IMG/VR virus record: IMGVR_UViG_3300046459_000548
Coordinates: 28,200 to 92,199 of that record
From: a virus
Length of the DNA: 64,000 bases
Direction: 5' to 3' (one strand)
Shown: positions 7,432 through 16,999 of the stretch, piece after piece
Numbering within the stretch: position 1 is the stretch's first letter
Layout of the letters: the number at the start of each line of letters is the position of its first letter
Program-made: the position numbers and the translations under genes
The notes under the pieces: generated by a model
What the model saw: only the letters and a program-made list of their open reading frames with translations
What the model was told of the DNA's origin: nothing
Database searches by the model: none

Positions 7432-9993
7432 ATGGCAACGCCGACCCTAACCAAGCCCGAAGCTAAGACCGAAGAGCCGCAGCAGGAACTCACTGGACTG
7501 CGCGCCCGCATGGAGCAGTCGATCAACCCCGGCCTGTACGTCGGCGCCGGGCTGGGCGTCGCCTCGGCGTACCTCACCGGCGACCCGCTGCTGCTGACCA
7601 CCGTCGGCGCCACCGGTGTCGCTGCCGGCTGGGCCGCGTTGGGCATGAACCCCGGCCCGTGGCGGTGGCTGCCCGGCCAGGGAGAGCCGTGGGAATGGAT
7701 GTGCCGCCGCAGCAACCGCAGCTACCGGCGCAAGGTCCGTCGGATGCGTATTCGGCTCGACTCCGACGCGCAGGCCGTCGCGGTCGGCCCGGGCAAGACG
7801 AAGCCGATCATCATCGGCGTCACCGACGGCTGGCGCACCCGCGACGACCGGCCGGAACTGGTCCGCGAGGCCACCGCCGAAGCCCACCGGGTCCGCTGCG
7901 CTCTCCTCCGCAAGGTGTGGGCGCAGGCGCTGCCGAACTGGAACTCCGGCTGGTGGCGCAAGTACACGGCCGCCGAGATGGCGCTCCGGGCCGGACCGCT
8001 TGCCGCAATCCCCGCCAGCGGATTCGTCGAGATGCCCTGGTGGGCACACCTCACGGTCGTCAGCATCGGAGCCGGCTGGGGATCCCGCACCTGGCACCGC
8101 CCCGCCCCCGCGGCCATCGACACGGCCGGCCCGAAGGGCGCCGACTGGTATGTGGCCCGCTGGGCGGAGTGGATCGCCTGCGAGCGAGGCCCGCTGCCCG
8201 ACTCCAAGCTGGCCAGTGTCGCCGTCGACGCCGACAAGCTCACCGCGATCATCGTGTCCACCACGGCGAAGCCGGCACTGTCCGTCGACCAGGACTCGAT
8301 CAGCATCGCGTTCGGGGTGCCGCCCCGGGCAGTGAACGTGTACCGGCCCGACGACATGGCCGCCTCCCGGGCCAAGCTGACGGTGCGGCTGCGCACCAAG
8401 GCCGCCGAGCTGGACATGGGCGATCTCGTGGCCGTCTGGGACGAGTACAGCCCCTACACGGGCAGCGAGCTGCACGAGCCGGAGAAGACCGAGTTCGGGC
8501 GCCGCTTCCAGCTGCTCATGCCGCGGAAGGGCTCTTCCGTCGCCGACGTGCAGCCGCGCGCCATTGCCCAGGCCCTAGACCTCAAAGGCGAAGACGCCGT
8601 ATCCCGCCTTCACCTGCGGGTCATCGACGCCCGCCGCATCGAGGTCAACGAGATGAGCACCAACCCGCTTCAGGGCGGCGTGGCGCTCGACCTGGATGCC
8701 CTGACCATGGACGACCAGGGCTACATCACGGTCGGCAAGGACATCTACGGCCGCCCGGCCAAGTGGCGGCTGCTGAAATTCGACCGCAAGCGCCGCGGCC
8801 TGTCCGGGCAGCCGTCCGCGTCCGCCGTGCACTCCTTCGGCTCCGGCACCACCGGCTCCGGTAAGACCAGCCTCGAAGAAGACCTCCAGGTCGCACAGCG
8901 AAAGAACGGCTTCATCTCCTGGCTCGCCGACGGCAAGGGCGGCGCCGGGTATGCCTCCTGGCTGACCGAACTCGACTGGCTCCTCAAGTCGCCCTACGGG
9001 GCGATGCTCATGGGGCAGGCAGCCAACTCGGTCAGCGAGTACCGGTTCGCCGAGCAGATGAAACTGCAGTGGCTCGACGACGAAGGCTTCACCGAGAACG
9101 GGCGCAGTTTCTTCGTCATGAACGACCCGTTCAAGCCCATGGTCTGCACGTGGGACGAGTTCAACGAGATGATCCTCAAGGACCCGACCGCGTTCCACGT
9201 CAAGCCGCTCCTGCGGTCCGTGTCCAGCATCGGACGCCTCTCCCGCGCCGCCGGGATGGCCGCCCGCGTGCTGCTCCAGATCCCCAACCTGGACTCGATC
9301 GGCTCAGACGCGTCCGCCAACGCCATCCGCGACATGCTGCAGTCCGGCAACATCGCGCTGTTCCGCACCGCCCGCTCCGACGTGGACCTCATGTCGCTCG
9401 GATCCCGGACCCCCGAGTTCCGGCTCGCCCCGCTGCTCGAGCGTTTCCCGGACGGCTCCGAGACCGGCGGCCTGTTCTACATCGCCGACGGCAAAGCCCA
9501 GTACACCGCCTCCCGGGCCATGTTCCACAGCAACCCCGCCCGCATCGCCCGCCAGTTCCCCCTGCATGCCATCAGCTGGCAGGAAGCCGACGCCGCCTGC
9601 AAGGCCGGGCCCGCCGGGCTCGCCTACCTGCGGCGCGACGAATACCGCAACCTCGACGCCGGCGACGAGGAGGCGTTCCTCCGCGAGCTCGTCGCCAAAG
9701 AGCAGGAGGGCAGCAAGAAGGGCAAGACCGTCATCGACGTCAAGCCCGCAGTGGCCGCCGAGGTTGATGACGACGACCTCGACGACCTTGTCCCGCCCAC
9801 CCGCTCGCAGCTCGTCTGGCACGCGGTCGACGGCGGCGCCCGCCGCAACAAGCAGATCGCCGAGGTCACCGACCTGACCCGCACCAACGTCGCCGGCGCA
9901 ACAGCCCGCCTGGAGCGCCTCGGCAAGCTCGCCAAGAAGGAACGTGACTGGCACACCGCAGAACCGCTCGACACCGCATCCATCAGCGCCTAA
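7432..9993 (+). CDS. traB: TraB-type FtsK/SpoIIIE conjugative dsDNA translocase
   Basis: N-terminal TM segments, Walker A GTTGSGKT, Walker B VCTWDEF, GRLSRAAG, C-terminal wHTH (RNKQIAEVTDLTRTNVAGATARLERLGKL); RBS GGAG before ATG 7432. Confidence 0.85.
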   Translation: MATPTLTKPEAKTEEPQQELTGLRARMEQSINPGLYVGAGLGVASAYLTGDPLLLTTVGATGVAAGWAALGMNPGPWRWLPGQGEPWEWMCRRSNRSYRRKVRRMRIRLDSDAQAVAVGPGKTKPIIIGVTDGWRTRDDRPELVREATAEAHRVRCALLRKVWAQALPNWNSGWWRKYTAAEMALRAGPLAAIPASGFVEMPWWAHLTVVSIGAGWGSRTWHRPAPAAIDTAGPKGADWYVARWAEWIACERGPLPDSKLASVAVDADKLTAIIVSTTAKPALSVDQDSISIAFGVPPRAVNVYRPDDMAASRAKLTVRLRTKAAELDMGDLVAVWDEYSPYTGSELHEPEKTEFGRRFQLLMPRKGSSVADVQPRAIAQALDLKGEDAVSRLHLRVIDARRIEVNEMSTNPLQGGVALDLDALTMDDQGYITVGKDIYGRPAKWRLLKFDRKRRGLSGQPSASAVHSFGSGTTGSGKTSLEEDLQVAQRKNGFISWLADGKGGAGYASWLTELDWLLKSPYGAMLMGQAANSVSEYRFAEQMKLQWLDDEGFTENGRSFFVMNDPFKPMVCTWDEFNEMILKDPTAFHVKPLLRSVSSIGRLSRAAGMAARVLLQIPNLDSIGSDASANAIRDMLQSGNIALFRTARSDVDLMSLGSRTPEFRLAPLLERFPDGSETGGLFYIADGKAQYTASRAMFHSNPARIARQFPLHAISWQEADAACKAGPAGLAYLRRDEYRNLDAGDEEAFLRELVAKEQEGSKKGKTVIDVKPAVAAEVDDDDLDDLVPPTRSQLVWHAVDGGARRNKQIAEVTDLTRTNVAGATARLERLGKLAKKERDWHTAEPLDTASISA

Positions 9994-10006
9994 AGGAGAT
10001 CAACTC

Positions 10007-10234
10007 ATGACCATCGCTATCAGCACCCTGTTCTTCCTCGCCTGCGTCGGCATGGCCTGGTGGTTCAAGAAGGACTCCTCGTTCCGCCCCCGCGAGTTCA
10101 TCGCCGTCTCCGTGTTCTGGATCCTCCTCGTCGCCACCCCCTTCGGCGGCGGCCTCGTCGACAAGATGCAGACCGTGATCGGGAACAGCGCCCGGGCGGG
10201 CGTCGACAGCGTCAGCTCCGTCTCCAGCAAGTAG
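10007..10234 (+). CDS. Small 2-TM Spd-like membrane protein
   Basis: RBS AAGGAG; two hydrophobic segments; follows traB. Confidence 0.75.
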   Translation: MTIAISTLFFLACVGMAWWFKKDSSFRPREFIAVSVFWILLVATPFGGGLVDKMQTVIGNSARAGVDSVSSVSSK

Positions 10235-10315
10235 CCCAAGCCTGGCGGCCCGCAACCGGCGGGCCGCCTGCATCAACCAGACCCCGCGCCGCCTGGCCCG
10301 GAAGGAGCCCAGCCC

Positions 10316-10807
10316 ATGCCCGCACAGCCTGAGCCCACCGACCGGGCCGAAATCCAGAAGCTCGCCAACGCCGTCGAGGAGGCGCTCGCGGGGGAGATGC
10401 GGACCTCGTACCGCGACGACAGCTCCGACGTGCCGTCATGGCGGGACGGATCCCGCATCGGCACCACCCCGCCCGTTCAGCAGCCCGACAGCCGGATCGC
10501 ACCCCAGTGGGCCGTCGGCATCGCCGTCGCGTCCGTCGGCGTCGGAGCCGGCTCGACCGGCCTCGGCTGCGCGGCGTGGCTCCTCTTCAAGGGGCTGTCG
10601 CTCGTCAGCGTCCCGGGCCTCGAGCGATTCGCGCTCATCGTCATCGCCCCGTTCGCCGGTGCGGCCATGGTGGTCACCGCCATCGGCGCCGCAATCGGCA
10701 AAGCCCGGACCACGATCACCACCATCCACAACCACGGCCCGGTGGACCAGCGGGAGATCCACACTAAGACCACCGGCGTGTGGGCCAAAACCAACAACCA
10801 GCAGTGA
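10316..10807 (+). CDS. SpdD-like 2-TM membrane protein
   Basis: Pro-rich N-terminus, two TM segments, C-terminal HNHGPVDQ; RBS AAGGAG. Confidence 0.7.
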   Translation: MPAQPEPTDRAEIQKLANAVEEALAGEMRTSYRDDSSDVPSWRDGSRIGTTPPVQQPDSRIAPQWAVGIAVASVGVGAGSTGLGCAAWLLFKGLSLVSVPGLERFALIVIAPFAGAAMVVTAIGAAIGKARTTITTIHNHGPVDQREIHTKTTGVWAKTNNQQ

Positions 10808-10860
10808 AGCGACCGCACCCGCCGATAGCCTGCCGACTCCAACATCCCTGGGGGGAATGT

Positions 10861-11112
10861 ATGACCAGCTACAGCGACGTACAGAAGGCCGTGAGAGTCG
10901 AGAAGTTCAGGATCTGGTTCGCGTGGGCGTGCGGCGGCTGGGTCGGCCTGGGCGTAGCCTTCGCCACTCAGCGCATCCACATCGTCAGCGTCGTCACGCA
11001 GGTTCTGTTCGTCGGACTGGGGGCCCTGTCCACCATCGCCGCAGTGCGGATGAGCAACGCCCTCAATCGCAAGGCCGAAGCCGCACGCAAGGAAGTGCTG
11101 GGCGACCTGTAA
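10861..11112 (+). CDS. Small 2-TM membrane protein
   Basis: GGGGGA RBS; two hydrophobic helices. Confidence 0.65.
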   Translation: MTSYSDVQKAVRVEKFRIWFAWACGGWVGLGVAFATQRIHIVSVVTQVLFVGLGALSTIAAVRMSNALNRKAEAARKEVLGDL

Positions 11113-11125
11113 GCGCGGCTGGCCG

Positions 11126-11329
11126 TCAGCCGGAAACGCCAGGGCCCCGATCCTCACGGACCGGGGCCTTCGTCGTGCGGGCGGGGACGGCGCGGGCGAC
11201 CCAGTCGCGGCCGGCCGCGTCCGTCGGGCTCGTCACCGGTACCGCCCCCATGCGCTCGCAGATCAGGTCCAGTTCCCGCTGGCAGGAGGCCTCGCTCTTC
11301 GCGCGCACCATGTAGACGACGTCGCTCAT
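11126..11329 (-). CDS. Small hypothetical protein
   Basis: MSDVVYMVRAKSEASCQRELDLICERMGAVPV; its 3' end overlaps a hairpin at about 11141-11170. Confidence 0.55.
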   Translation of the reverse strand: MSDVVYMVRAKSEASCQRELDLICERMGAVPVTSPTDAAGRDWVARAVPARTTKAPVREDRGPGVSG

Positions 11330-11381
11330 ACCGGCAGTGTGCCCGGGGTGGCGGGGGAGACGGGGCGGAATGCGGGAAGCG

Positions 11382-11732
11382 CTACGGGCGCCACGCCTCG
11401 TCGTAGCCGGGACGGTCGGCGTAGGGCAGCGCCATGATCTGGATCTGCATGGCAACAGCCCCAGCCGCGAGACGGTATGCCCGCTCGCCGCCGGTCGCGA
11501 GTCTACGGAACTCGGCGTAGTGGTCGAGGGCCTGCCGCTTGGCGTCGATCTCCCGCAGCAGTCGAGCCGGAACGCCGCAGTCGCAGGTCCCGGTCTCCCG
11601 GTCGGGGTAGAGCACCTCCGGTAGCGACTCGCAGTCGCGGGCATGCCAGGCCTTTTCCGTGCGTGGGTCGGCGATCTTTGCCGCATCCTCGTCGAGTTGG
11701 GCGCGCAGCCACTCGGGCAGGCCGTCGGTCAT
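11382..11732 (-). CDS. DUF6221-like protein
   Basis: WLRAQLDED...PARLLREIDAKR...ALPYADRPGYDEAWRP signature. Confidence 0.8.
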   Translation of the reverse strand: MTDGLPEWLRAQLDEDAAKIADPRTEKAWHARDCESLPEVLYPDRETGTCDCGVPARLLREIDAKRQALDHYAEFRRLATGGERAYRLAAGAVAMQIQIMALPYADRPGYDEAWRP

Positions 11733-11791
11733 GGCGTCCATCCTTCCTGATAGTCGCGCGCCCCGGCGTGTTCCCAGGCGAGGAGCCGGAG

Positions 11792-12232
11792 TTGCTGATC
11801 GTTCACCCCGCCGAGACCCGCAGTCTCGCGATCCCCTTCGCACTGTACATAGTGGGCCTCTCGTACATCCGGTCCGTCCGGTACCTGGTGGTGCGGCGCC
11901 CCGACCAGTCGTACCGGTCGCAGCTCATCACCTTCGCCCTCGCCCCGCTGTCGAGCCTGCTCAACGTGTACCTGTGCAGCATCCTGCAGTACGCGGGCCT
12001 CGCCACGTTCCTCAAGACGGGCTGGTCGACGCGGGCGCACGTCGAGGTGTCCATCGGCGAAGCACCCGACCTGGCGCCGGCCACTGTCATCGGCGTCGAA
12101 GGAACCGACCCGGACGACACGACCCCCATGCCGCGCGCCGAGGCGCCCACTGTGCAGCTGGCGAAGCTCCTTGACCCGCTGACGGACGCGACGCTGGAGA
12201 TGCGGCTCCCCGGGCGGGAGGGCGCCGCTTGA
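11792..12232 (+). pseudogene. C-terminal fragment of a hyaluronan-synthase/NodC-like GT2 membrane glycosyltransferase
   Basis: Two TM segments followed by ...LATFLKTGWSTR (GWGTR-like C-terminal motif). Catalytic domain absent; upstream sequence belongs to the opposite-strand DUF6221 gene. Confidence 0.55.
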
Positions 12233-12256
12233 CGCCGCGGCGATGACCCGCACCGC

Positions 12257-12290
12257 GCAGGGCCCGCCTCCAGTCCGGGGCGGGCCCTGC
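12257..12290 (+). terminator. Intrinsic terminator-like hairpin
   Basis: GCAGGGCCCGCC...GGCGGGCCCTGC. Confidence 0.65.
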
Positions 12291-12379
12291 TACGCAACTT
12301 GCACACCTTGTCAGCGCGATGATGCACCATTGGTATAACGCATCACTCGCTTCCCGTACCACCGTCGAGGAGCACCGTC

Positions 12380-13078
12380 ATGCACGACCCCACACCTCTC
12401 CCGCCCGCCAAGCTCTGCGAGTGCGGATGCGGTAAGCCCACACCCCTTGCCAAGCAGAACCAGTCGTGGTCCGGGAGGAAGAAGGGTGAGCCAGCCCGCT
12501 TTATTGCGGGCCATAACGCCCGACTTGGAAAGCCTGAAGTGTGTGAAGCGCCGGACTGCGCAAGTAAGCCCTTCGGGGGCGGCCTCTGTTCGAAGCACTA
12601 TCAACGCCAGCGGCGGCACGGAAACCTGACCGGCAAGGTTCCGCAGGGGCCCGCCGAAGAGCGCTTCTGGCGATACGTCGATAAGACGGACGAGTGCTGG
12701 ACCTGGACGGGAGGGCGGGCCAACGACGGTTACGGCCGCTTCTTCATCAGCGAAGGCGACGGTAACGTCGCGGCGCACCGCTTCTCGTACCAACTGCACA
12801 ACGGCGAAATACCGGCCGGCCTCATCATCTGCCACCGATGCGACAACCCTCCGTGCGTGAGGCCAGACCATCTGTTCCTAGGCACTCACCTCGACAACGT
12901 GCAGGACATGTTCAGTAAGGGCCGCAACGTCAACGGTTACGCCAGAAGGACCCACTGTAAGAACGGCCATCCATTCGACGAGGAAAACACTCTGGTTCAG
13001 CCCGGTGGGTGGCGTCGCTGCCGAGCATGCCGCCACCTCGGCTACGTCAAACGGGTCGCAAAGAAGCGAGGTGCCTGA
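12380..13078 (+). CDS. HNH homing-type endonuclease
   Basis: CECGCG...GHN, CWTWTG...YG, AHRFSY, CHRCDNPPCVRPDHL...DN, THCKNGHPF...CRAC. Confidence 0.92.
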   Translation: MHDPTPLPPAKLCECGCGKPTPLAKQNQSWSGRKKGEPARFIAGHNARLGKPEVCEAPDCASKPFGGGLCSKHYQRQRRHGNLTGKVPQGPAEERFWRYVDKTDECWTWTGGRANDGYGRFFISEGDGNVAAHRFSYQLHNGEIPAGLIICHRCDNPPCVRPDHLFLGTHLDNVQDMFSKGRNVNGYARRTHCKNGHPFDEENTLVQPGGWRRCRACRHLGYVKRVAKKRGA

Positions 13079-13728
13079 TGACTGAGGCCATCCACGACGA
13101 CGGCTACATCTGGCCGACCTGCGACCCCTGCGGACGGCAGCTCCGCCACGACGAACTCGGCCGCCGGGCTTGCCGCCTCTGCCAGGACCGTGTCGACCAA
13201 GCGCTCCGCCAACTGCCCGGACCCGACGGCCTATACGCCCAACTCGCCACCCGGCTCGCCCCAGGCCGAGGAGGCGACGGCCAGGTCGTGTCCGTCTCCC
13301 GCACCGCGCCGCTCCCACTCCGTCTCGAACCCCTCAGCCTCATGGCCCGCGGTGGCGTCGTCACCGTCCTCCAGGCCTGGCAGGTCGACTGGCACGAGCT
13401 CCTCGGCTGGCCCCATCCGCGCTGGCAGGGTGGCCTTCAGCAGCAACTCGACAACGCGGTCAAAGCATTGCGCGCCAACCTCGACTGGGCGGCCACTGAA
13501 CACCCGGCCTTCGGCGACTTCACGCACGAGACTCACAGCCTGGTCCGCCAGTGCGAGCGGCAGATAACCGGCGAGCGGCCCGAACGCCCAATCGCCGTCG
13601 CCTGCCCGTGCGGGACAGTTCTGCGGGTCACCGTCTCCACCCCGGGCTCACGCTGCCGCGGCTGCGGAACGCAGTACGCGCGCACCGAAGTTCTCGACCT
13701 GCCGCTGGCCGAACGATCTGCTGCGTAA
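13078..13728 (+). CDS. Zn-finger phage protein (putative late regulator)
   Basis: CDPC...CRLC and CPC...CRGC motifs; positioned before the late genes. Confidence 0.7.
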   Translation: MTEAIHDDGYIWPTCDPCGRQLRHDELGRRACRLCQDRVDQALRQLPGPDGLYAQLATRLAPGRGGDGQVVSVSRTAPLPLRLEPLSLMARGGVVTVLQAWQVDWHELLGWPHPRWQGGLQQQLDNAVKALRANLDWAATEHPAFGDFTHETHSLVRQCERQITGERPERPIAVACPCGTVLRVTVSTPGSRCRGCGTQYARTEVLDLPLAERSAA

Positions 13729-13822
13729 TCACCCAATCACCCAACGAATCTGCGCTTGCGCAGGTCACCGGCCGTATGTCACAGTGCCCACATCCGGATA
13801 CTCGTGTGTCCGCAGCTACAAC

Positions 13823-13850
13823 AGCCCCCAGCTTCCGGCCGGGGGCTTTC
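13823..13850 (+). terminator. Hairpin with T-tract in the late leader
   Basis: AGCCCCCAGC-TTCCG-GCCGGGGGCTTT. Confidence 0.55.
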
Positions 13851-13868
13851 TGCATGTCGGGGGTGAGC

Positions 13869-14114
13869 GTGAACGTCACCGAGCTGTACCCCGAAGATCT
13901 CGTCTTCGAGCATGAGGCAACCGCAGTAACCGGCGTGCCTGGCACGGTGATTCGGCAGTGGGCCCGGCGCGGGAAGATTCGCCGCTTCACCGGTCGGCCC
14001 GGCGAGTACTCGGGTCAGGGACACGAGTTCAAGACCATGTACGCCCTCCCCGAAGTGCAGGCTCTTGCCTCCGCCTACCGGCCGATGCCCCAACGGGCAC
14101 CCCGCGCCGCCTAG
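13869..14114 (+). CDS. MerR-type HTH DNA-binding protein
   Basis: EATAVTGVPGTVIRQWARRGKI...MYALPEV; alternative ATG at 13854. Confidence 0.75.
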   Translation: MNVTELYPEDLVFEHEATAVTGVPGTVIRQWARRGKIRRFTGRPGEYSGQGHEFKTMYALPEVQALASAYRPMPQRAPRAA

Positions 14115-14233
14115 AACCCCTGCGTCGGTGGTGACGCAGGCCGGGCCTTGAAGCGCTACGCGCTCGGCCCACCTCGTCCGCCCGGTCCTGTGGGGGGCCG
14201 GGCGGACGCAAACTTCCCGGGAAGGCGGTGCGT

Positions 14234-14437
14234 ATGGCGGCAGTCGGCACGAGCACTCTTCGCTGCCCCATCTGCGCCATCGACCTCGACGCGCCAGTCT
14301 CGGCGATCCCCTACGAGCGTCGCTCCGGCCCGACGATGTACCTGTCGTTCGACCTGGCCCAGGTCCGCGACCACATTGCCGAGCACGACCTCGGATCGGC
14401 TGTCGCCACAGACCTGCCGCTCCCAAGCACCCCCTAG
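14234..14437 (+). CDS. Small CxxC...HxxxH protein
   Basis: CPIC and HIAEH motifs. Confidence 0.55.
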   Translation: MAAVGTSTLRCPICAIDLDAPVSAIPYERRSGPTMYLSFDLAQVRDHIAEHDLGSAVATDLPLPSTP

Positions 14438-14530
14438 ACCCGGGTCCTGCCGCTCATCAGGCCCCGACGTCCCGCCGCCCCACATTCCCCCCGTCGGGCG
14501 GCGGGACGGCCCGACACCCAGAGGAGCTCC

Positions 14531-14749
14531 GTGCGCCGCCCCCTCGTTACCGCCCTGTTCGTCGCCGCATTCCTAGTCGGGCCGGTCGCCTGCACCCACG
14601 ACAGTCCCATCCCGGCGCCCAGCACCACGCGGCCGACACCGAGCAAGACGCCCAGCACGGCGCCGTCCCCGACGCTCGCACCGACTTCACCCGTACCGAG
14701 CCCGAGCGGACCGCCGGTCAGCAGCCAGGCCTCATCCGACGGACCCTGA
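14531..14749 (+). CDS. Small Pro/Ser/Thr-rich lipoprotein-like protein
   Basis: Signal peptide with PVAC lipobox; RBS GAGGAG. Confidence 0.55.
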   Translation: MRRPLVTALFVAAFLVGPVACTHDSPIPAPSTTRPTPSKTPSTAPSPTLAPTSPVPSPSGPPVSSQASSDGP

Positions 14750-14759
14750 GGAGACTGCC

Positions 14760-15206
14760 GTGGCCGGCATCGTTTTCAACATCGCCCTCGGGCGGCTCGC
14801 CTACTACACGTCCCTGCCCGCCGCGAACGACGGCCTCGTCCTGATCGCCCTGGAAAGCAGCGGGCTGGAGACCGACGCCGTCCTGCGCGACAAGGACGAC
14901 TTCGCCGCAGTGGTCGCCGGTAGCACCAACGAGCAGGCCACCGTCGGACGCAAGCCGCTCACCGGCGTCACCGTCACCGTCGACGACACCAACGACCGCG
15001 TCGCGCTCGATGCCTCCGACGTCACCTGGTCATCGCCGACGGGCAACGCCATCGGTGCGGTGGTGATCTGCTACGACCCCGACACCACCGGCGGGACAGA
15101 CGCCGACCTGATCCCGCTCACCAAGCACGACCTGGCCTGGACCCCGGACGGCAACACCTTCAACCTGACCATCACGGACTTCGCCCGGGTCACCTCCGCC
15201 GCGTAA
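14760..15206 (+). CDS. Putative virion structural protein (small beta-rich)
   Basis: RBS GAGGAG; Thr/Asp/Gly-rich; first gene of the fibre module. Confidence 0.7.
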   Translation: MAGIVFNIALGRLAYYTSLPAANDGLVLIALESSGLETDAVLRDKDDFAAVVAGSTNEQATVGRKPLTGVTVTVDDTNDRVALDASDVTWSSPTGNAIGAVVICYDPDTTGGTDADLIPLTKHDLAWTPDGNTFNLTITDFARVTSAA

Positions 15207-15236
15207 GCAGTCCGGCGAAGGGAGCGGGAGGTCGCC

Positions 15237-16307
15237 GTGGCGAGCTTCACCGACGACTTTAATCGCGCCAACAGCACCGACCTGGGCGCCGGGTGGGTCG
15301 AGGTCTCAGGCGACTGGTCGATCGTCTCCAACCAGCTCTCGCCGGGCGCAGCGGGCGGCACGATCATTCTGCGCGCCGCCGGTGCGATGGCGGGCAACGA
15401 CAACTACGCGCAAGCCACGATCGCCGCCACCACCACAGCGAGCCAAGGCGTGTGGTGCCGCGGCAACAGCAACATCACCCAGGGCTACCTGTGGCGCAAC
15501 AACGGCACGACCTGGGACCTTTTCCAGGTCTTCGGAGGCTCTTTCACCAACATCGGCACCTATGCGGCAGCAGCCGTCGCAGGTGACGTCGCGAAAGTCC
15601 AGGCCGTCGGCACGACGATCAAAGGGTTCGTCAACGGTGTCCAGCGGGTCAGCGTCACGGACACCGCCGTCACGACGGGCACCAGCGTCGGTATCCGCTC
15701 GGACTCGGCTGGCGCGGTCCGCTACGACGATTTCGCCGCCGCGGACGTGACCGCCGGTGCGACCCTCGCCACCGCAGCCGCCACCGAGACCGCACAGCCG
15801 TTGACCGGCGCCAAGACGACAACGCTCAACCCCGCAGCCGCCACCCACACAGCGCAGCCCCTTACAGGCGCGAAGACCGGGACCCTCACCGCAGCCGCCA
15901 CGCCGGAGTCAGCGCAGCCACTTGCCGGCAGCAAGACGGTCACGCTCGGCACCGCACTTGAAACCGCCGCTACGCAAGCCCTCGCCGGAGCCAAGACGGC
16001 ACCGCTGTCTGCCGTGGCACAAACCGAGACCGCCCAGCCCCTCGCGGTCGTGACCAGCCGAAGTCTCGGCACAGCCATCGTCGTTGAGGCAGCCTGGCCG
16101 CTGTCGGGCGCCAAGAGCGCCGCCCTCGGCCCAGCGTTGGAGACCAGCATCGCGAGGCCACTCGTTACAGCCGGCGGACCCGACGTGGACATCGACGTCA
16201 CCGTCGGCAGTCCGTACAGCCCGTGGACGGCAGGCCAGCCCTACGCGTCCGCCTGGACTGTGCATGCGGGCCGGGCCAGCGACTGGGAGGTGGGCGCACC
16301 GTGCTGA
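15237..16307 (+). CDS. Putative fibre protein: lectin-like head plus 20-aa repeat shaft
   Basis: FTDDFNRANSTDLGAGW...YDDF beta-sandwich-like N-terminus, then about 7 repeats of AxxETAQPLxGAKTxTL. Confidence 0.75.
   Translation: MASFTDDFNRANSTDLGAGWVEVSGDWSIVSNQLSPGAAGGTIILRAAGAMAGNDNYAQATIAATTTASQGVWCRGNSNITQGYLWRNNGTTWDLFQVFGGSFTNIGTYAAAAVAGDVAKVQAVGTTIKGFVNGVQRVSVTDTAVTTGTSVGIRSDSAGAVRYDDFAAADVTAGATLATAAATETAQPLTGAKTTTLNPAAATHTAQPLTGAKTGTLTAAATPESAQPLAGSKTVTLGTALETAATQALAGAKTAPLSAVAQTETAQPLAVVTSRSLGTAIVVEAAWPLSGAKSAALGPALETSIARPLVTAGGPDVDIDVTVGSPYSPWTAGQPYASAWTVHAGRASDWEVGAPC
15762..16165 (+). repeat. About 7 degenerate 60-bp tandem repeats (coding)
   Basis: GCACAGCCG..GGCGCCAAGAC motif recurs every 60 nt. 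Confidence 0.8.
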
Positions 16308-16588
16308 TCCCCGCCACCTCCACTGAATACCTGCACGTGCCGGTCACCGCCCCATCCGGGACCGACCTCACCGGCGTCCCGGTACGGATCGCGGTGGTCG
16401 CCCACCGCGCTGACCCCGCCGACAGCGAGTGGCAGGCCGCGGACTGGGTGGACGGGGCGGCCCGGCTCCTCGTCGGCCCCGACAGCGGCCTGGTCCTCGC
16501 CACAGGCGACTACCGGGTGTGGATCAACATCGACCCGCCCGGAGCCGAGAACGTCGTCCGCAAAGCCGGAATCCTCAGCGTCACCTAG
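16301..16588 (+). CDS. Small Ig-like/BppU-like adaptor protein
   Basis: GGAGGT RBS, GTG start; GDYRVWINID...GILSVT. Confidence 0.7.
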   Translation: MLIPATSTEYLHVPVTAPSGTDLTGVPVRIAVVAHRADPADSEWQAADWVDGAARLLVGPDSGLVLATGDYRVWINIDPPGAENVVRKAGILSVT

Positions 16589-16603
16589 AAGGGGGCGAGT
16601 CCG

Positions 16604-16987
16604 ATCGCGGACAACCTGAGCAACACCGCCGAGAACCGCACGATGGACTGGATGATGGGCTCGACCACCACGGCACCCACCACCCCCCTCAAGGTCGCGC
16701 TCGTCACCGCAGCAGGCGACGATGCAACCGCGGGCACCGAAGTCACCGGCGGCTCCTACACCCGCAAGACCCTCACCGTCGCCGCTGCGTCAGGCGGCAG
16801 CGTTGCCAACAGTGCGGACCTCGACTGGACCGGCATGCCCGCGTGCACCATCGTCGGCTGGGAGATCTGGGACTCCGCAGGCACGCCCATCCGCTGGTGG
16901 TACGGGCCGCTCGACGCGAGCAAGACCCTCGCCGCCGGTGACGAGTTCAAGCTGACCGCCGGATCGCTCACGCTGTCGCTGAGCTGA
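16604..16987 (+). CDS. Phage fibre-associated structural protein; probable ATC start
   Basis: LKVALVTAAGDD...EVTGGSYTR...GWEIWDSAG...GPLDASKTLAAGDEF. RBS AGGGGG precedes in-frame ATC-GCG-GAC-AAC; first ATG is at 16643. Confidence 0.75.
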   Translation: MADNLSNTAENRTMDWMMGSTTTAPTTPLKVALVTAAGDDATAGTEVTGGSYTRKTLTVAAASGGSVANSADLDWTGMPACTIVGWEIWDSAGTPIRWWYGPLDASKTLAAGDEFKLTAGSLTLSLS

Positions 16988-16999
16988 CAGGAGGCGCGC

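Noticed and set aside
7432-9993. FtsK ATPase as type VII secretion EccC or chromosomal FtsK
   Set aside because: A single ATPase domain with wHTH and a spd/GntR context fit TraB. No other Ecc genes are present.
15762-16165. 60-bp periodic repeats as a possible array or diversity-generating cassette
   Set aside because: They are degenerate, in frame and encode a fibre shaft. No reverse transcriptase is present.
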